Shown in pieces: positions 49,161-60,152 of a stretch of DNA of 64,000 nt (positions are counted from its first letter, which is position 1; each line of letters starts with the position of its first letter). The position numbers and the translations under genes are program-made. This DNA is from Pirellulaceae bacterium (lineage in GTDB: Bacteria; Planctomycetota; Planctomycetia; Pirellulales; Pirellulaceae): NCBI GenBank assembly GCA_019636385.1, contig JAHBXT010000005.1:215925-279924 (forward strand), read 5' to 3'. The notes beneath the pieces are model-generated. The model did not search any database, was not told where the DNA came from, and worked only from the letters and a program-made list of their open reading frames with translations.

Positions 49161-50011
49161 GCGTCCTCCGTACGGTCAACTGAAGTCGGCTCCCAGGCGT
49201 GGTAGCGGTCGAACAGGTCCATCAAGCACTCCCTCAAGCTACCGCCGTGCTTTTCCAACAATTGCTGGAGATTCAAGCCATTTAAGAATTGCGTTAGTGA
49301 CCGATTGGAACCAGCGACCTGCCAGGCCTGTTGGACAATCTTTGACGTCAGTTCCATGGTGACGTGGGTGCGGTAAAGCGTAGGCAGGCCCACTGAGCGA
49401 TGGCTAGTAACTAGCAGTCCTGCCCCGCGTCTCCAAGTGATTGAGCGAATGCGCAACCGCCCAACCCAGCTCAACTGTTCAAATCCATCTACAACCAGCA
49501 GATCGCCGGCACCCAGATGTTTTAGCTTGTAACCCAACCGCTGCATGACGGGATGCCCGCGCCGAATCGAAAACCAAACAACGTTTCTCCTGACGGCACG
49601 GTCGGCAGGTTGGTGGCTTTCACAACCCGTTGCGTTCGCCAGAGTCGGATCCCATCCACTGGCTGTTTTACGCGCTGGCGCTTTGGGTTGGGAGCTGAAA
49701 TAGGCGGGGGCAGCGGTGCCCTGCGAAGCCTCGCCAGCGGCCTCCAGTTGAGCGCTGTCTCGCTGCGTCACGTTACCCAAGAGCGGTACTAGATGTGACA
49801 GCAACGTGGACTTGCCGCTTCCATGCGGGCCAAGGATTTGTGCGCGCCCGTTGAGTCTTTCCAATTGCTGTTGCAGATGACGTAATGTTACTCCGTCGCT
49901 CTCCACCCACGGTAATCTGCCTGGAGCCACGTAGCGCGTTGCGAAGGGGTTGATGGGGGATGGCATTACGGAATGCGGCAGTGCACGAATTGGAGTAGTG
50001 GTAGAATTCAT
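49157..50011 (-). CDS. P-loop ATPase (AAA-like), unknown function
   Basis: GPHGSGKSTLL Walker A; LLVVDGFEQ Walker B; LLVTSH. Confidence 0.8.
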   Translation of the reverse strand: MNSTTTPIRALPHSVMPSPINPFATRYVAPGRLPWVESDGVTLRHLQQQLERLNGRAQILGPHGSGKSTLLSHLVPLLGNVTQRDSAQLEAAGEASQGTAAPAYFSSQPKAPARKTASGWDPTLANATGCESHQPADRAVRRNVVWFSIRRGHPVMQRLGYKLKHLGAGDLLVVDGFEQLSWVGRLRIRSITWRRGAGLLVTSHRSVGLPTLYRTHVTMELTSKIVQQAWQVAGSNRSLTQFLNGLNLQQLLEKHGGSLRECLMDLFDRYHAWEPTSVDRTEDA

Positions 50012-50136
50012 GACCAATTTTAGTCGCTGTGGTGGCCCTGTCGCAGTGCCGACTTCTTTGCATCAAAACTTCCAGTGAGACCGAGAATCAAGCATGGGGC
50101 GGCAACGACGCTCGATTTGGCCTCGTTTGTCCCAGC

Positions 50137-50781
50137 CTACGAAACAGGCACTTGGTACAAGTTGTTAGCGTCGATGTAGGCCCAAACTGAGGCCGGCACC
50201 ATATAACGTATGGACCTGCCTTGAGTTATACGTTGCCGTATGTCGGTGGAGGATATTTCAAACTGTGGTAGCCGCAAGAGGTGCCTGGCTGGCATGTCTT
50301 CCTCACGCACGTGGTCCGGCAAATATGGGGACAGTAGGCGCAGGTCAGGTGGCGGTTGACCACCGCGAGCAACTACAACGACCCGAGCCAGCCGACAGAT
50401 GCGCTCGGGCTGACGCCACTGACTGAAATTTGCCAGAGAGTCGGCGCCGATCAACAGGATCAAGTGTGTGTCTGGAAATTGCTGACCTAGGTGGGTCAGC
50501 GTTTCCACTGTATAGGACTGGCCGCCACGCCGTAGCTCGCAGTCGTCCACTATGAATTGGGGATTGCCGCTGGTGGCCAGTCGCAGCATCTCCAGTCGGT
50601 GATTCGCGCTGGTTGCATTTTTTAATTCTGCATGGGGAGCTGTAGCCGCTGGTATCCAGCGCAGCTGATCCAGCTCCAACCGTTCGCACGCCAGTTCTGC
50701 AATCAACAAGTGTCCGACGTGAACTGGGTCAAATGTGCCACCCCAAATTCCAATCGAGCGTCCTTTTTTCGACTCGCTCAT
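50137..50781 (-). CDS. nadD: Nicotinate-nucleotide adenylyltransferase
   Basis: GGTFDPVHVGH, SYTVETL, LIGAD, ISSTDIR. Confidence 0.96.
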   Translation of the reverse strand: MSESKKGRSIGIWGGTFDPVHVGHLLIAELACERLELDQLRWIPAATAPHAELKNATSANHRLEMLRLATSGNPQFIVDDCELRRGGQSYTVETLTHLGQQFPDTHLILLIGADSLANFSQWRQPERICRLARVVVVARGGQPPPDLRLLSPYLPDHVREEDMPARHLLRLPQFEISSTDIRQRITQGRSIRYMVPASVWAYIDANNLYQVPVS

Positions 50782-50882
50782 GTTCACCTGCTTCGTCATT
50801 AGGGTGCTCTACGGTTATCATTTACCGGTCAACTATGCCGGCCTTGTCCGCTGTTGACAGCTGAACGCCTCACGAAATTGCT

Positions 50883-53159
50883 ATGAGCCAACCCGAATTA
50901 TTTGATACTAACCTACCGCCCTGGGAAATGGACTCCCAAGGTGAATGCCGCGCAGCCAGCGTCGTGTTCAGCGAGCCGCCGCACGGACCGTTGAGCTATC
51001 GCGTACCCGATGCTTGGCTCGACCAGCTTGTGCCGGGCTGCCGCGTGAAAGTTCCGCTCGGAAAATCCAATCGACAGCTGCTGGGCTATTGTATCGCGGT
51101 CGAGACGATTGCGCAGGCACCTGGTTCCCTGAAAGCGATCGAAGAGTTGGTCGATAGTGAGCCGATTTGTACACCTCAGGTTCTAGAGCTGCTGCAATGG
51201 ATGAGCCGCTACTATCTTGCTCCCTTGGGACAAGTGATCGAAGCGGCAATACCGGCCGGGGTCCGCAGCGCAGCCGGAACACGGCAACGCACCATGTTAT
51301 ATGCCACCGCGCGAGCGACGCAGGAGGCCATCCAGGCCTTGTCGTCAGCCAAACAACAAGAGGTACTGCGTCAATTGATTCGCGTGGCCAGTGGTATATC
51401 CAGCGAGCAGTTGCAGACGCTGGCGGGTTGTTCGGCGGCTCCCATTGCCGCGCTGCGTCGGTGTGGCTTGATTGAAGCTCGCCAAGAAAGCTATACGCAA
51501 TTTGATCCAGAACCCAGCGTTGATTCGGCGTCGACGCCGTTGGCGCTGAGCGTCGACCAACGTCAGGCGCTGCGCTTGATCACCCAGGCTCTGGAGGCCC
51601 ACCGCCAACAAACCATTTTGCTTCACGGCGTGACAGGCAGCGGTAAAACCGAAGTCTACATGCAAGCCATTCATGAAGTGATCGCTTATGGACGTCAGGC
51701 TATCGTGCTCGTTCCAGAAATCAGCTTGACTCCACAAACCCATCATCGCTTTCAAGCACGGTTTGGTAAGGTTGCCATTCTGCATAGTCACCAAAGCGAT
51801 ATCCAACGACATTATCAGTGGCGGCGAATCGCTAGCGGCCAGGCCGATGTGGTGATCGGTCCCCGTAGCGCCGTGTTCGCACCGCTGCCGCGTTTGGGGC
51901 TGATCGTGCTGGACGAAGAGCACGAATCGTCGTTCAAGCAAGATACCTTGCCCCGCTATCACACGCGCGATGTGGCCCTGCATCGAACTTATCTGGAGCA
52001 GATTCCGCTGGTGCTTGGCAGTGCCACGCCGAGTTTAGAGAGCTGGCATCGCGCGCAGAATGGTAAATACCAGTTGGCCAAACTGCCTCGCCGGATTCAC
52101 AATCGACCGCTGCCAGAGGTGGAAATCATCGACTTGCGTTCCCAGCCTCAGACAACGCACCGAGGTGCCATTTCAGGGCCATTGGAGCGGGCTATGCAAG
52201 AGACGCTCAGTGGTGACGGGCAAATTATGCTGCTGTTGAACCGCCGGGGATTCGCCACGACGATCCAGTGCCCGCGCTGTGGGTATGTGGTCGAATGTCC
52301 AGATTGCGACCTGCCGCTGACCCATCATCGCGATGGCCTGAAGGCCTGTTGTCATTACTGCGACTACTCGATTGCGTCGCCTCCAGCTTGCTTGCGCTGC
52401 AGCTTCGACGGTATTCGTTACGCCGGTCAAGGTACACAGCGCTTGGAAGTTGAAGTTCAGCATCGGTTTCCTCAGGCTACTGTAGCGCGCATGGATAGCG
52501 ATACCATGCGCAAGCCGGGGAGTCATCAGCGAGTCTTAGACCAGTTCCGGAAAGGAGCAACCCAGATTCTGCTGGGCACGCAGATGATTGCCAAAGGGCT
52601 GGATTTCCCCAATGTGTTGCTAGTAGGCGTGATCAACGCCGACACCGCCCTGCACTTCCCCGACTTTCGCGCCGCCGAGAAGACCTTTCAGTTGGTAACG
52701 CAGGTCGCGGGACGTACGGGCCGAGGCGATCGCGTGGGGCGGGTGCTCGTGCAAACCTTTTCGCCCGAGCATCCAGCCATCGTAGCTGCCAGCCGTCACG
52801 ACTACATGAGCTTTGCGACCCACGAGTTGGTGCAACGAGCCCACTTCGGCTATCCACCACACGGGAGCCTGGTGAGGATTATCATGCGCGGTCCAGAACT
52901 GGCTGCCGTCGAAGCATTTGCTGAGTCGATGGTCCAGCGGTTACAGGCACTGCGCGCGCAGCAGCAACTCGACTGCCGAATTTTGGGCCCTGCTCCGCCG
53001 CCGTTGGCACGTCTGCGCGGCAATTATCGAATGCATGTTTTACTGCTGTCCAGCCAGCCCGAACCGTTGCACCGATTAGTCCGCCAGGCGATAGACAACC
53101 TCAAGCCAGTCAAGGATATTCAGTACGTGATTGACATCGACCCGTTAGATACGCTGTAG
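50883..53159 (+). CDS. priA: Primosomal protein N' (replication restart helicase)
   Basis: GVTGSGKTEVY, DEEHE, LGSATP, LNRRG, CxxC zinc motifs, GTQMIAKGLDFP. Confidence 0.97.
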   Translation: MSQPELFDTNLPPWEMDSQGECRAASVVFSEPPHGPLSYRVPDAWLDQLVPGCRVKVPLGKSNRQLLGYCIAVETIAQAPGSLKAIEELVDSEPICTPQVLELLQWMSRYYLAPLGQVIEAAIPAGVRSAAGTRQRTMLYATARATQEAIQALSSAKQQEVLRQLIRVASGISSEQLQTLAGCSAAPIAALRRCGLIEARQESYTQFDPEPSVDSASTPLALSVDQRQALRLITQALEAHRQQTILLHGVTGSGKTEVYMQAIHEVIAYGRQAIVLVPEISLTPQTHHRFQARFGKVAILHSHQSDIQRHYQWRRIASGQADVVIGPRSAVFAPLPRLGLIVLDEEHESSFKQDTLPRYHTRDVALHRTYLEQIPLVLGSATPSLESWHRAQNGKYQLAKLPRRIHNRPLPEVEIIDLRSQPQTTHRGAISGPLERAMQETLSGDGQIMLLLNRRGFATTIQCPRCGYVVECPDCDLPLTHHRDGLKACCHYCDYSIASPPACLRCSFDGIRYAGQGTQRLEVEVQHRFPQATVARMDSDTMRKPGSHQRVLDQFRKGATQILLGTQMIAKGLDFPNVLLVGVINADTALHFPDFRAAEKTFQLVTQVAGRTGRGDRVGRVLVQTFSPEHPAIVAASRHDYMSFATHELVQRAHFGYPPHGSLVRIIMRGPELAAVEAFAESMVQRLQALRAQQQLDCRILGPAPPPLARLRGNYRMHVLLLSSQPEPLHRLVRQAIDNLKPVKDIQYVIDIDPLDTL

Positions 53160-53350
53160 CCTGATCCAGCCAGCTGTTGGGGAAGTGGCCCGTAGAGAAT
53201 ATGTCAGCGGCTACTGTCGCCCACCGCCCGCTGTCGGAGGCTAACTATCAGCCGCGCACCTTAGTGGTTGTGCTGACGCCAGCGGTTGGTATCCTAGCCC
53301 CTGATCTGTTGTAAGTTTCTAGAATTTTTCTTCGTTTCGGAGATACCAGT

Positions 53351-54955
53351 ATGCGTTATCATGCACGGTTGTACTGTTGGGTTCTTGTCTGGTTCGTGTG
53401 CGCCTGCGGTGCAGTGACGCCTGAGAGCCAAGCTGATCAGTCCCCAGCCGCTGATGTACAGACCGCTGTGGGTTGGGTCTATGAAGACCTCAACGGCAAT
53501 GGTGTTCGCGACGCTGGAGAGCCCGGTTTGCCCGGCGTTCGCGTCAGCAACGGTCGAGACATTGTGTTGACCGATCCCCAGGGGCATTATCAGTTAACCG
53601 TGGACGACGATGACATTCTTTTTGTCATTAAGCCGCGTAATTTTATGACGCCGGTCGACCAGCAGAATCTTCCTCAGTTTTATTACATTCACAAGCCAGC
53701 CGGGTCGCCAGCCAACTTTAAGTATCCGGGCGTTGCACCTACGGGGTCATTGCCAGCCTCAATTAACTTCGCGCTGCGACGGCAGAGCGAGCCCGATAGA
53801 TTTCGCGTTCTGATGTTCGGAGATACACAGCCTCGTGACCGGACAGAAGTGGAGTATATGGCCCACGACATCATCGAACAGATCATTGCCAACGAGAATC
53901 ACGGAGCTGCCTTCGGAGTTACCTTGGGCGACATCGTGTTTGACGATCTGGATGTCATGCAGCCTCATAATGAAGCCGTGGCGCTATTGGGAATTCCCTG
54001 GTACAACGTGTTGGGTAATCACGACATCAACTATGATGCCGCCGACGATGAGCACAGTGACGAAACGTTCGAGCGTGTATACGGACCAGCGTACTATTCG
54101 TTTGACTACGGGCCGGCGCACTTCATCGTGGTCGATGATGTAGACTGGTTGGCCGCCAGCGGTGGCCGACCGGCACACTATGTCGGCGGACTTGGCCCAC
54201 AGCAGTTGACGTTCATTAAGAACGACTTAGCGGGAATTCCAGCCGAGCAGCTGGTAGTGCTGATGATGCACATCCCGCTGATAGACGTCCAGGATCGTCA
54301 GCATCTGTATCGCTTGATCGAGCGGCGACCGGCTGTGGTTTCGTTGTCGGCGCATACACATTACATGGAACACCGGTACATCGGTCCAGAGGATGGATGG
54401 CAAGGTACCAAGCCGCATCATCACATTGTCAATGTCACGGTTTGTGGCAGTTGGTGGAGTGGTCGCAAGGATGAACGCGGCATTCCACATGCGACGATGA
54501 GTGATGGTGGACCCAATGGCTATTCAGTCATGGAGTTCGACGGACAGAACTATTCACTACAGTTTCGCGCTGCAGGTCGTCCAGCCGAGTACCAAATGAA
54601 CATCTATGCCCCTGAATCGCTGGCTGGCGAAAAGGTGCCAGGAACCGAAATATTGGCCAACGTGTTTGCCGGGTGCGACAAGACTAAGTGTCAGTTACGC
54701 CTTGGGCCGCAGGCTGCTTGGGTCCAAATGCAACAGGTGCGACGTGCCGACCCAGCTTTTGAAGCCGAACTCAAGCGAGATGCCCAGTTACTCATGCGGC
54801 AATGGCGTGACTTGCCCAAACCCCATGAAACCCCGCACCTGTGGCGCGCAGTTCTGGCCGATAGCCTGCCCACTGGTACTCACACCATCGAAGTGCAAGT
54901 CACTTGGCCCGATGGCTCCACACAAATATCTCGCCGCGCTTTGCGAGTTGAATAA
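53351..54955 (+). CDS. Exported calcineurin-like metallophosphoesterase
   Basis: Signal peptide; DLNGNG..EPG N-domain; GDTQ, GDIVFD, GNHD, MHIP, AHTH. Confidence 0.9.
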   Translation: MRYHARLYCWVLVWFVCACGAVTPESQADQSPAADVQTAVGWVYEDLNGNGVRDAGEPGLPGVRVSNGRDIVLTDPQGHYQLTVDDDDILFVIKPRNFMTPVDQQNLPQFYYIHKPAGSPANFKYPGVAPTGSLPASINFALRRQSEPDRFRVLMFGDTQPRDRTEVEYMAHDIIEQIIANENHGAAFGVTLGDIVFDDLDVMQPHNEAVALLGIPWYNVLGNHDINYDAADDEHSDETFERVYGPAYYSFDYGPAHFIVVDDVDWLAASGGRPAHYVGGLGPQQLTFIKNDLAGIPAEQLVVLMMHIPLIDVQDRQHLYRLIERRPAVVSLSAHTHYMEHRYIGPEDGWQGTKPHHHIVNVTVCGSWWSGRKDERGIPHATMSDGGPNGYSVMEFDGQNYSLQFRAAGRPAEYQMNIYAPESLAGEKVPGTEILANVFAGCDKTKCQLRLGPQAAWVQMQQVRRADPAFEAELKRDAQLLMRQWRDLPKPHETPHLWRAVLADSLPTGTHTIEVQVTWPDGSTQISRRALRVE

Positions 54956-55020
54956 TCCGGGTCGCAGCAGTGAACTTGAACAAGCGCGCTGTGGCCAGTG
55001 AATTTGTGGTTGGTGTTTTC

Positions 55021-56232
55021 CTAACGGTCCAGCGCGGCTACCGCGTTTTTAACACTGGGCGCACTGGCTTGCGACAGGTGCATCAGTTGACTGCGCGCCT
55101 CCCAATAGTCCAGGATGGCGACTCGCATGTCCACCGGTAGTCGTTGAGTTCCTCTATCAAATTGCGGACTCGCTGGCCCAAACAGTACGCTGGCCAGATA
55201 GTCCGCCGGAATTCGTGAATCGACCATTTCTAGAGCTGCGCCCACCTTATGCCAGATCGTTGGTAGGGATCGCTGCTGGATTTCACGCTGACGAGAGGCG
55301 GCCAAGCCGCGCAGGCTGCGCTCTTGACGAACGTAGGCCAATGCCTGCGCGGCGGCTTCCGCATCTCCCTCCTGGTAGGTGGTGATCCACAGTTGAGAAC
55401 GTCCCAGCAATTGCGGGCGCTCGCTAGCTCCTCCAGAGATGCCCGCCGCTGTCATGTGGACTTTTAGCAAATCAGCGCGCCAATCGGGCGAAACTTCAAC
55501 TAGCACAGCGATTTCTCGCGCGCCTTCCAGCACATCGACCGGGCCGGGACGAAATTTGTACATCACGCCGAAGCCTTGTCGAATCGTACCGCTGCTGGTC
55601 AACGTTTGCATCGGCGGTCGTCGCTGGTAGCTCTCTTGCACCTCGAATTGATTACGATATTCGCCCCGAGCGCTGGCCTGCCCGACCGTCGGATAAGCTG
55701 CGGCTAAGCTGAAGTTGAATTGTTCATCTTTGTGGCGCGAGGCTTCGACTTTGACGGTACCCTCGTACTGAGAGTAAGTTTCATTCTTGGGCCAGAAGTC
55801 AACCACGCGCATGGTTTGCCCGGTACTATCGAGTTCAATACAGTACTCGCTAACCGCGCCTGCGAACTCTGGGGAGATGAAGGTGGACACGGGAATCTTC
55901 AGTCGCAGCAGTCTGCCGCCCATGGTTGGTGCAGACACTACTTGCGGATTGACCGGCTGAGCAATTACCACGGCCGGGACGTCGAAGACGACCGCTTCGC
56001 GCTGCCCGGCTGCCAGAGTGCTACCGCCAAGAAGACTCCCGAAGCACAGAGTTGATAGCGCGCATCGAAAAGAAATTGAACCGTTCATCAAGCACCCCCG
56101 CATCGCATTAAAGCCAGTGGTGCTCGTGCACTTCCGTGCTGCGGACCAGGAGTGTAGCTTCTGCCAACTCCAGTCCGTTTTCATCCTGAATCGTTCATCA
56201 GAAGCATTTCCACGGCTTCTGTGTTCCAGCAT
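55021..56232 (-). CDS. Exported hypothetical protein
   Basis: 403-aa ORF with a signal-like segment; start uncertain; no recognised domain. Confidence 0.65.
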   Translation of the reverse strand: MLEHRSRGNASDERFRMKTDWSWQKLHSWSAARKCTSTTGFNAMRGCLMNGSISFRCALSTLCFGSLLGGSTLAAGQREAVVFDVPAVVIAQPVNPQVVSAPTMGGRLLRLKIPVSTFISPEFAGAVSEYCIELDSTGQTMRVVDFWPKNETYSQYEGTVKVEASRHKDEQFNFSLAAAYPTVGQASARGEYRNQFEVQESYQRRPPMQTLTSSGTIRQGFGVMYKFRPGPVDVLEGAREIAVLVEVSPDWRADLLKVHMTAAGISGGASERPQLLGRSQLWITTYQEGDAEAAAQALAYVRQERSLRGLAASRQREIQQRSLPTIWHKVGAALEMVDSRIPADYLASVLFGPASPQFDRGTQRLPVDMRVAILDYWEARSQLMHLSQASAPSVKNAVAALDR

Positions 56233-56392
56233 CGCATGAGCGTGATAATCCTACCGCCGACTAAATGTCCGGCAAGTTAGACTGTAAGGCCGGAGTGAGG
56301 AGCTTGAGTTTTATCGGGGAAGGTTGGCGGGAACGTTCACCCTCTAACGCGTTGAGTTACCGCCATTGTTGGCGAGCTGACCTGTTGGGCTA

Positions 56393-56944
56393 TCAACTCC
56401 AAATGGCGGCTAGGAATATCCCGCAGGTCACGGTTCCGCATATGACTTTGCCGACGGTGCCCAGCAAACGTCCCCAAAAGGCAGCGTGACCAACATGCAG
56501 ACTCTCATCCCAACTCTTTCCGGCCCACCGCTCGCCGCTCACCGCTCCCACCGCCGCGCCGGCACCGCCTAGCAACAGCGATCCGAGAACCGAGCCGACG
56601 ACGGGAATCGGAATGATAGCACCGGCAAATAACCCCACAATCGCGCCGCCAATCGACCCGACAATTGCTAGCATGGTCGCTCGTTTGCTGGCACCGAGGC
56701 GACTAGCCCCCAGCGCGCTAGCGGCCAATTCCAGCAATTCCCCCAATCCTGCCACCGCCACCAAAGCGAGTAGCGGCCACAGGCCAACATGCTCGGCTCG
56801 CTCGGGAGTACTTAGGAGGAAGCAGCCTGCTCCCAGCGCGACAACCAGCCAGTTACCCGGCATTCCCAAGACCGTGATGGCCAAACCTATGATGGCGGCT
56901 AGCGACAATGTAGCTAACAGAAGCAAATCGAGTGTCCACTGCAT
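56393..56944 (-). CDS. DUF456 family membrane protein
   Basis: LGMPGNWL, ASRLGASKRA, G-rich helices, GRLLGTVGK. Confidence 0.85.
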   Translation of the reverse strand: MQWTLDLLLLATLSLAAIIGLAITVLGMPGNWLVVALGAGCFLLSTPERAEHVGLWPLLALVAVAGLGELLELAASALGASRLGASKRATMLAIVGSIGGAIVGLFAGAIIPIPVVGSVLGSLLLGGAGAAVGAVSGERWAGKSWDESLHVGHAAFWGRLLGTVGKVICGTVTCGIFLAAIWS

Positions 56945-57058
56945 AGGGTCGTCAACAATCTGGATATCGCTTGAGCCAATTTTCGACTAGCGGACGCGGC
57001 TTGGTTTGATTGAAAGCATCCACGACAGCGCGACACACAACTGGTACAACGTTGGGGC

Positions 57059-58444
57059 TCATGGATTTCCTTTGAGTGAGCGCGCGGATTTTAACACGTC
57101 AACCAGCGCTCGCTCCACAGCCGCGAAGACGTTCGTCCAGTCACCAGCGGATGGTTGTCGGAAGAGGCGTACACTAGGATACCATGGCGAATCGCTGCGT
57201 TGCAGCAGCCAGCGCCAGTCGGGCACGAAGCTGAGTACAATCCAGGTCGGTACACCTAACGCCCCACCCAAATGCGCAATGGCCGTGTCGCTGGTGATGA
57301 CCAAGTCAAGGGATTGCATAATGGCGGCGGTATCCATGAAGGCACCGCTGCTGGTGTCTGTGGAATCATCCAGTCGCATGATTGGAGGTCCGCGCCACTG
57401 GTCAAGCTGCTGGCTACCAAATCCCTTCTGCAGGCTAACGAGCTGGACGCCATCAATCCGTGCAATTGCTTCAAATTCGCTCAGTGGACAGCTGCGATAC
57501 AGGTCGGCTTGATGATCGGGATTTCCTTGCCAGGCGATACCGATACGAAACTGGCCTGGCGATTTTGGCAGAGTAGCCTGCCAGTACTGACGTAGGTTCT
57601 GTGTCGGCTGAATGTAGCCAGCCATGCCGGGTATCGTGGGCAAATCGAGCTGTAGCAAGTCGGCGACATCCAGCAGCGAGCATTGTACGTCCATTGGCTG
57701 GGGAACCGCTAAATTGTTGGGATAAACCGGTCCCAGGTTGGCATTGTTTTGCAGCAGGGCCATCAATGCTGCTTGACAGTGAATCAGCGTCTTGGCACCC
57801 CGCTGCCGTAGAATCTCTGCAAATCGAACGAATTGCAAGGTGTCGCCCAAACCCTGCTCGGCGGTCAAGAGAATCGCTTTGCCGCTGGGGTGCGTACCGT
57901 CCCAAACGGGGATGGATGGTAGGCGGTTCAGATCACCGACGCGCCAACGCCAGCGGTATTGGGTCCATCCCTCAGCGAACCGCCCTTGCAGCAGGTAGAT
58001 CACCCCCAAATTGCGATGCAGCTCCGCGTCCTGCGGACTCAGCTCCAGTGCTTGGCCATAGTATTGGAGCGCCAGATCCAGGTTCCCATTCCAAGCATGG
58101 AGCGTGCCACGATTTTTATAGGCGTTGAAATAATTGGGTTGAAGCGTAATAGCCTTCTGAAAACATTGGTCGGCTTCTTCAAATTGGCCGACATACCGCA
58201 GGCTATTGCCCAGATTATTGAGTGCAATGGGGAATTTTGACTGAAGCTGCAGGGCGCGCTGATAGGACTCAACGGCCTGCTGATAGTGCCGCTGATCGTG
58301 CAGTGCAATACCCAGGTAGCACCACGCGTTAGCGTCGTTGGGCTGCAGCGCGATCACGCGTCGGTAAATCTGTTCGGCTTCAGCCGGCCGCTGTTGTTGG
58401 TGAATTTTCCAGCCGCGGCTTAGTTCAGATTGCAGTGACGACAT
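57059..58444 (-). CDS. TPR-repeat protein with C-terminal GT9-like glycosyltransferase domain
   Basis: About six TPRs; EQGLGDTLQFVRF, IGIAWQGNP, LVSLQK, DLVITSDTAIAHLGGALG, DWRW. Confidence 0.9.
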   Translation of the reverse strand: MSSLQSELSRGWKIHQQQRPAEAEQIYRRVIALQPNDANAWCYLGIALHDQRHYQQAVESYQRALQLQSKFPIALNNLGNSLRYVGQFEEADQCFQKAITLQPNYFNAYKNRGTLHAWNGNLDLALQYYGQALELSPQDAELHRNLGVIYLLQGRFAEGWTQYRWRWRVGDLNRLPSIPVWDGTHPSGKAILLTAEQGLGDTLQFVRFAEILRQRGAKTLIHCQAALMALLQNNANLGPVYPNNLAVPQPMDVQCSLLDVADLLQLDLPTIPGMAGYIQPTQNLRQYWQATLPKSPGQFRIGIAWQGNPDHQADLYRSCPLSEFEAIARIDGVQLVSLQKGFGSQQLDQWRGPPIMRLDDSTDTSSGAFMDTAAIMQSLDLVITSDTAIAHLGGALGVPTWIVLSFVPDWRWLLQRSDSPWYPSVRLFRQPSAGDWTNVFAAVERALVDVLKSARSLKGNP

Positions 58445-58577
58445 CAGCGGTTGCCCAGAAGTCCTGGCTGACACACTAAAAGACAAGTGGCACGCCCATC
58501 GATGATGTTGAGCGTGCCACACAAGTTCAATCGTTACTATTTGCAACTGCAAGTATTCCGGCAGTTGCCTGATCTGA

Positions 58578-60152
58578 TTAATCCAAGAAGCCGACTAGAT
58601 CTTGGCTGCGACTGGGCTGTTGCAGCTTGCGTACGGCCTTGGCTTCAATTTGGCGAATGCGTTCGCGGGTCACCTTAAAAATGTGGCCAACCTCTTCCAA
58701 CGTGTAGCTGTAGCCATCTCCCAAGCCATACCGTAGCTTGATGATTTCGCGTTCTCGATAGCTGAGCGACTTGAGTACATGTTGAATACGGGCGCGTAGC
58801 ATTTCTTGACCGGCACCGATGGCTGGACTTTCGGCCATACCATCGGGCAGCAGATCACCGAACTGGCTATCTTCGCTATTGCCAACCGGTCGATCTAAGC
58901 TGATCGGGTAGCGGCTCATCGCCAATACGCGGCGCGCCTCTTCCACGGTCGTCTCGGCTCGACGGGCGGTTTCTTCCAATGTTGGTTCTCGTCCCAATTC
59001 CTGCAACAGTTGGCGCGATACATTGCGAACGCGTGACATTGTTTCGACCATGTGCACGGGTATGCGAATGGTTCGGCTTTGGTCCGCCACGGCTCGCGTG
59101 ATGGCCTGGCGAATCCACCAGGTAGCGTAAGTACAGAACTTGAAACCGCGTCGGTATTCGAACTTGTCTACCGCCCGCATCAGACCCGCGTTGCCTTCCT
59201 GGATCAAATCTAGAAAGCTTAATCCGCGATTGCGATACTTCTTAGCGATGGACACAACCAAACGTAAGTTGCCTTCGGAAAGTTGCTTTTTGGCTCGTTG
59301 GTAATCTTGAAATACCGTATTGACCATTTCCACGCGGCGACGGAGGCTGAGTGGGGTTTCTTGAGTCGCCATCAGCAGTTCGCGGAATTCGCGGATCAAT
59401 TCCGAGCGTTGCGAAGCGGAGACGCGATCGCCGCTAAGTCGCGTGAATTCTCTGCGCAGATCGTCGATGCGGCGACTGAATTTCTCCAGATCTAAAAGCC
59501 GGGCCTCCAGACGCTGTGTTCGCAAGCCAAGCTCCTCGACCAACCGCACGGCCTTGCGACGCCGGCGCGCCAGAGCGGCCCAAGCCTGATCGCGAATCTC
59601 TCGCGGCTGAGAACGGCTCAGCGCGACGCGATAATCGCGAGCGTTGCGCTTGATAAGCACATCCAGAGTCTTCAGATTATGAGGCAACCTGCCCAGAATC
59701 TGATCTTTTTCCAGGTGATCGGTCACCGACACCTGCACGGTGCGATCAAAAGGCAATTCACCGGTGTGAACGCGCTTCAATATCTTGTAGGCAAATTGCA
59801 TTACGTAGTCGCACTCAAGCAACTTCGTACGGAATCGTCGCCGAGCGACTTCGATTGACTTGGCGAGCCGAATTTCTTCGTCGCGCGTCAACAGCGGAAT
59901 TTCACCCATTTGAGTCAGATACATCCGCACGGGGTCATCCGACCACGATTCGGCCTCTTCTTCGGCCGCCGCCAGCAGCTCTTCGTCGCTTTCGAGTTGT
60001 ACTTCACCTTCGGCAGCTAAGCCGTCGTCGTCGGGCAAGCCTTCGACTACCGGATCGTCATCGTCGATGGGCAACTTTTGAAACGTATCAAGGACATCGT
60101 CACCAGCGCGCGGGGTATCTTCATCGAATTCGTCCAGCATTACATCAAACAA
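58578..60152 (-). CDS. RpoD-family (group 1/2) sigma-70 factor
   Basis: [50 protein letters not shown]. Confidence 0.95.
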   Translation of the reverse strand: MFDVMLDEFDEDTPRAGDDVLDTFQKLPIDDDDPVVEGLPDDDGLAAEGEVQLESDEELLAAAEEEAESWSDDPVRMYLTQMGEIPLLTRDEEIRLAKSIEVARRRFRTKLLECDYVMQFAYKILKRVHTGELPFDRTVQVSVTDHLEKDQILGRLPHNLKTLDVLIKRNARDYRVALSRSQPREIRDQAWAALARRRRKAVRLVEELGLRTQRLEARLLDLEKFSRRIDDLRREFTRLSGDRVSASQRSELIREFRELLMATQETPLSLRRRVEMVNTVFQDYQRAKKQLSEGNLRLVVSIAKKYRNRGLSFLDLIQEGNAGLMRAVDKFEYRRGFKFCTYATWWIRQAITRAVADQSRTIRIPVHMVETMSRVRNVSRQLLQELGREPTLEETARRAETTVEEARRVLAMSRYPISLDRPVGNSEDSQFGDLLPDGMAESPAIGAGQEMLRARIQHVLKSLSYREREIIKLRYGLGDGYSYTLEEVGHIFKVTRERIRQIEAKAVRKLQQPSRSQDLVGFLD

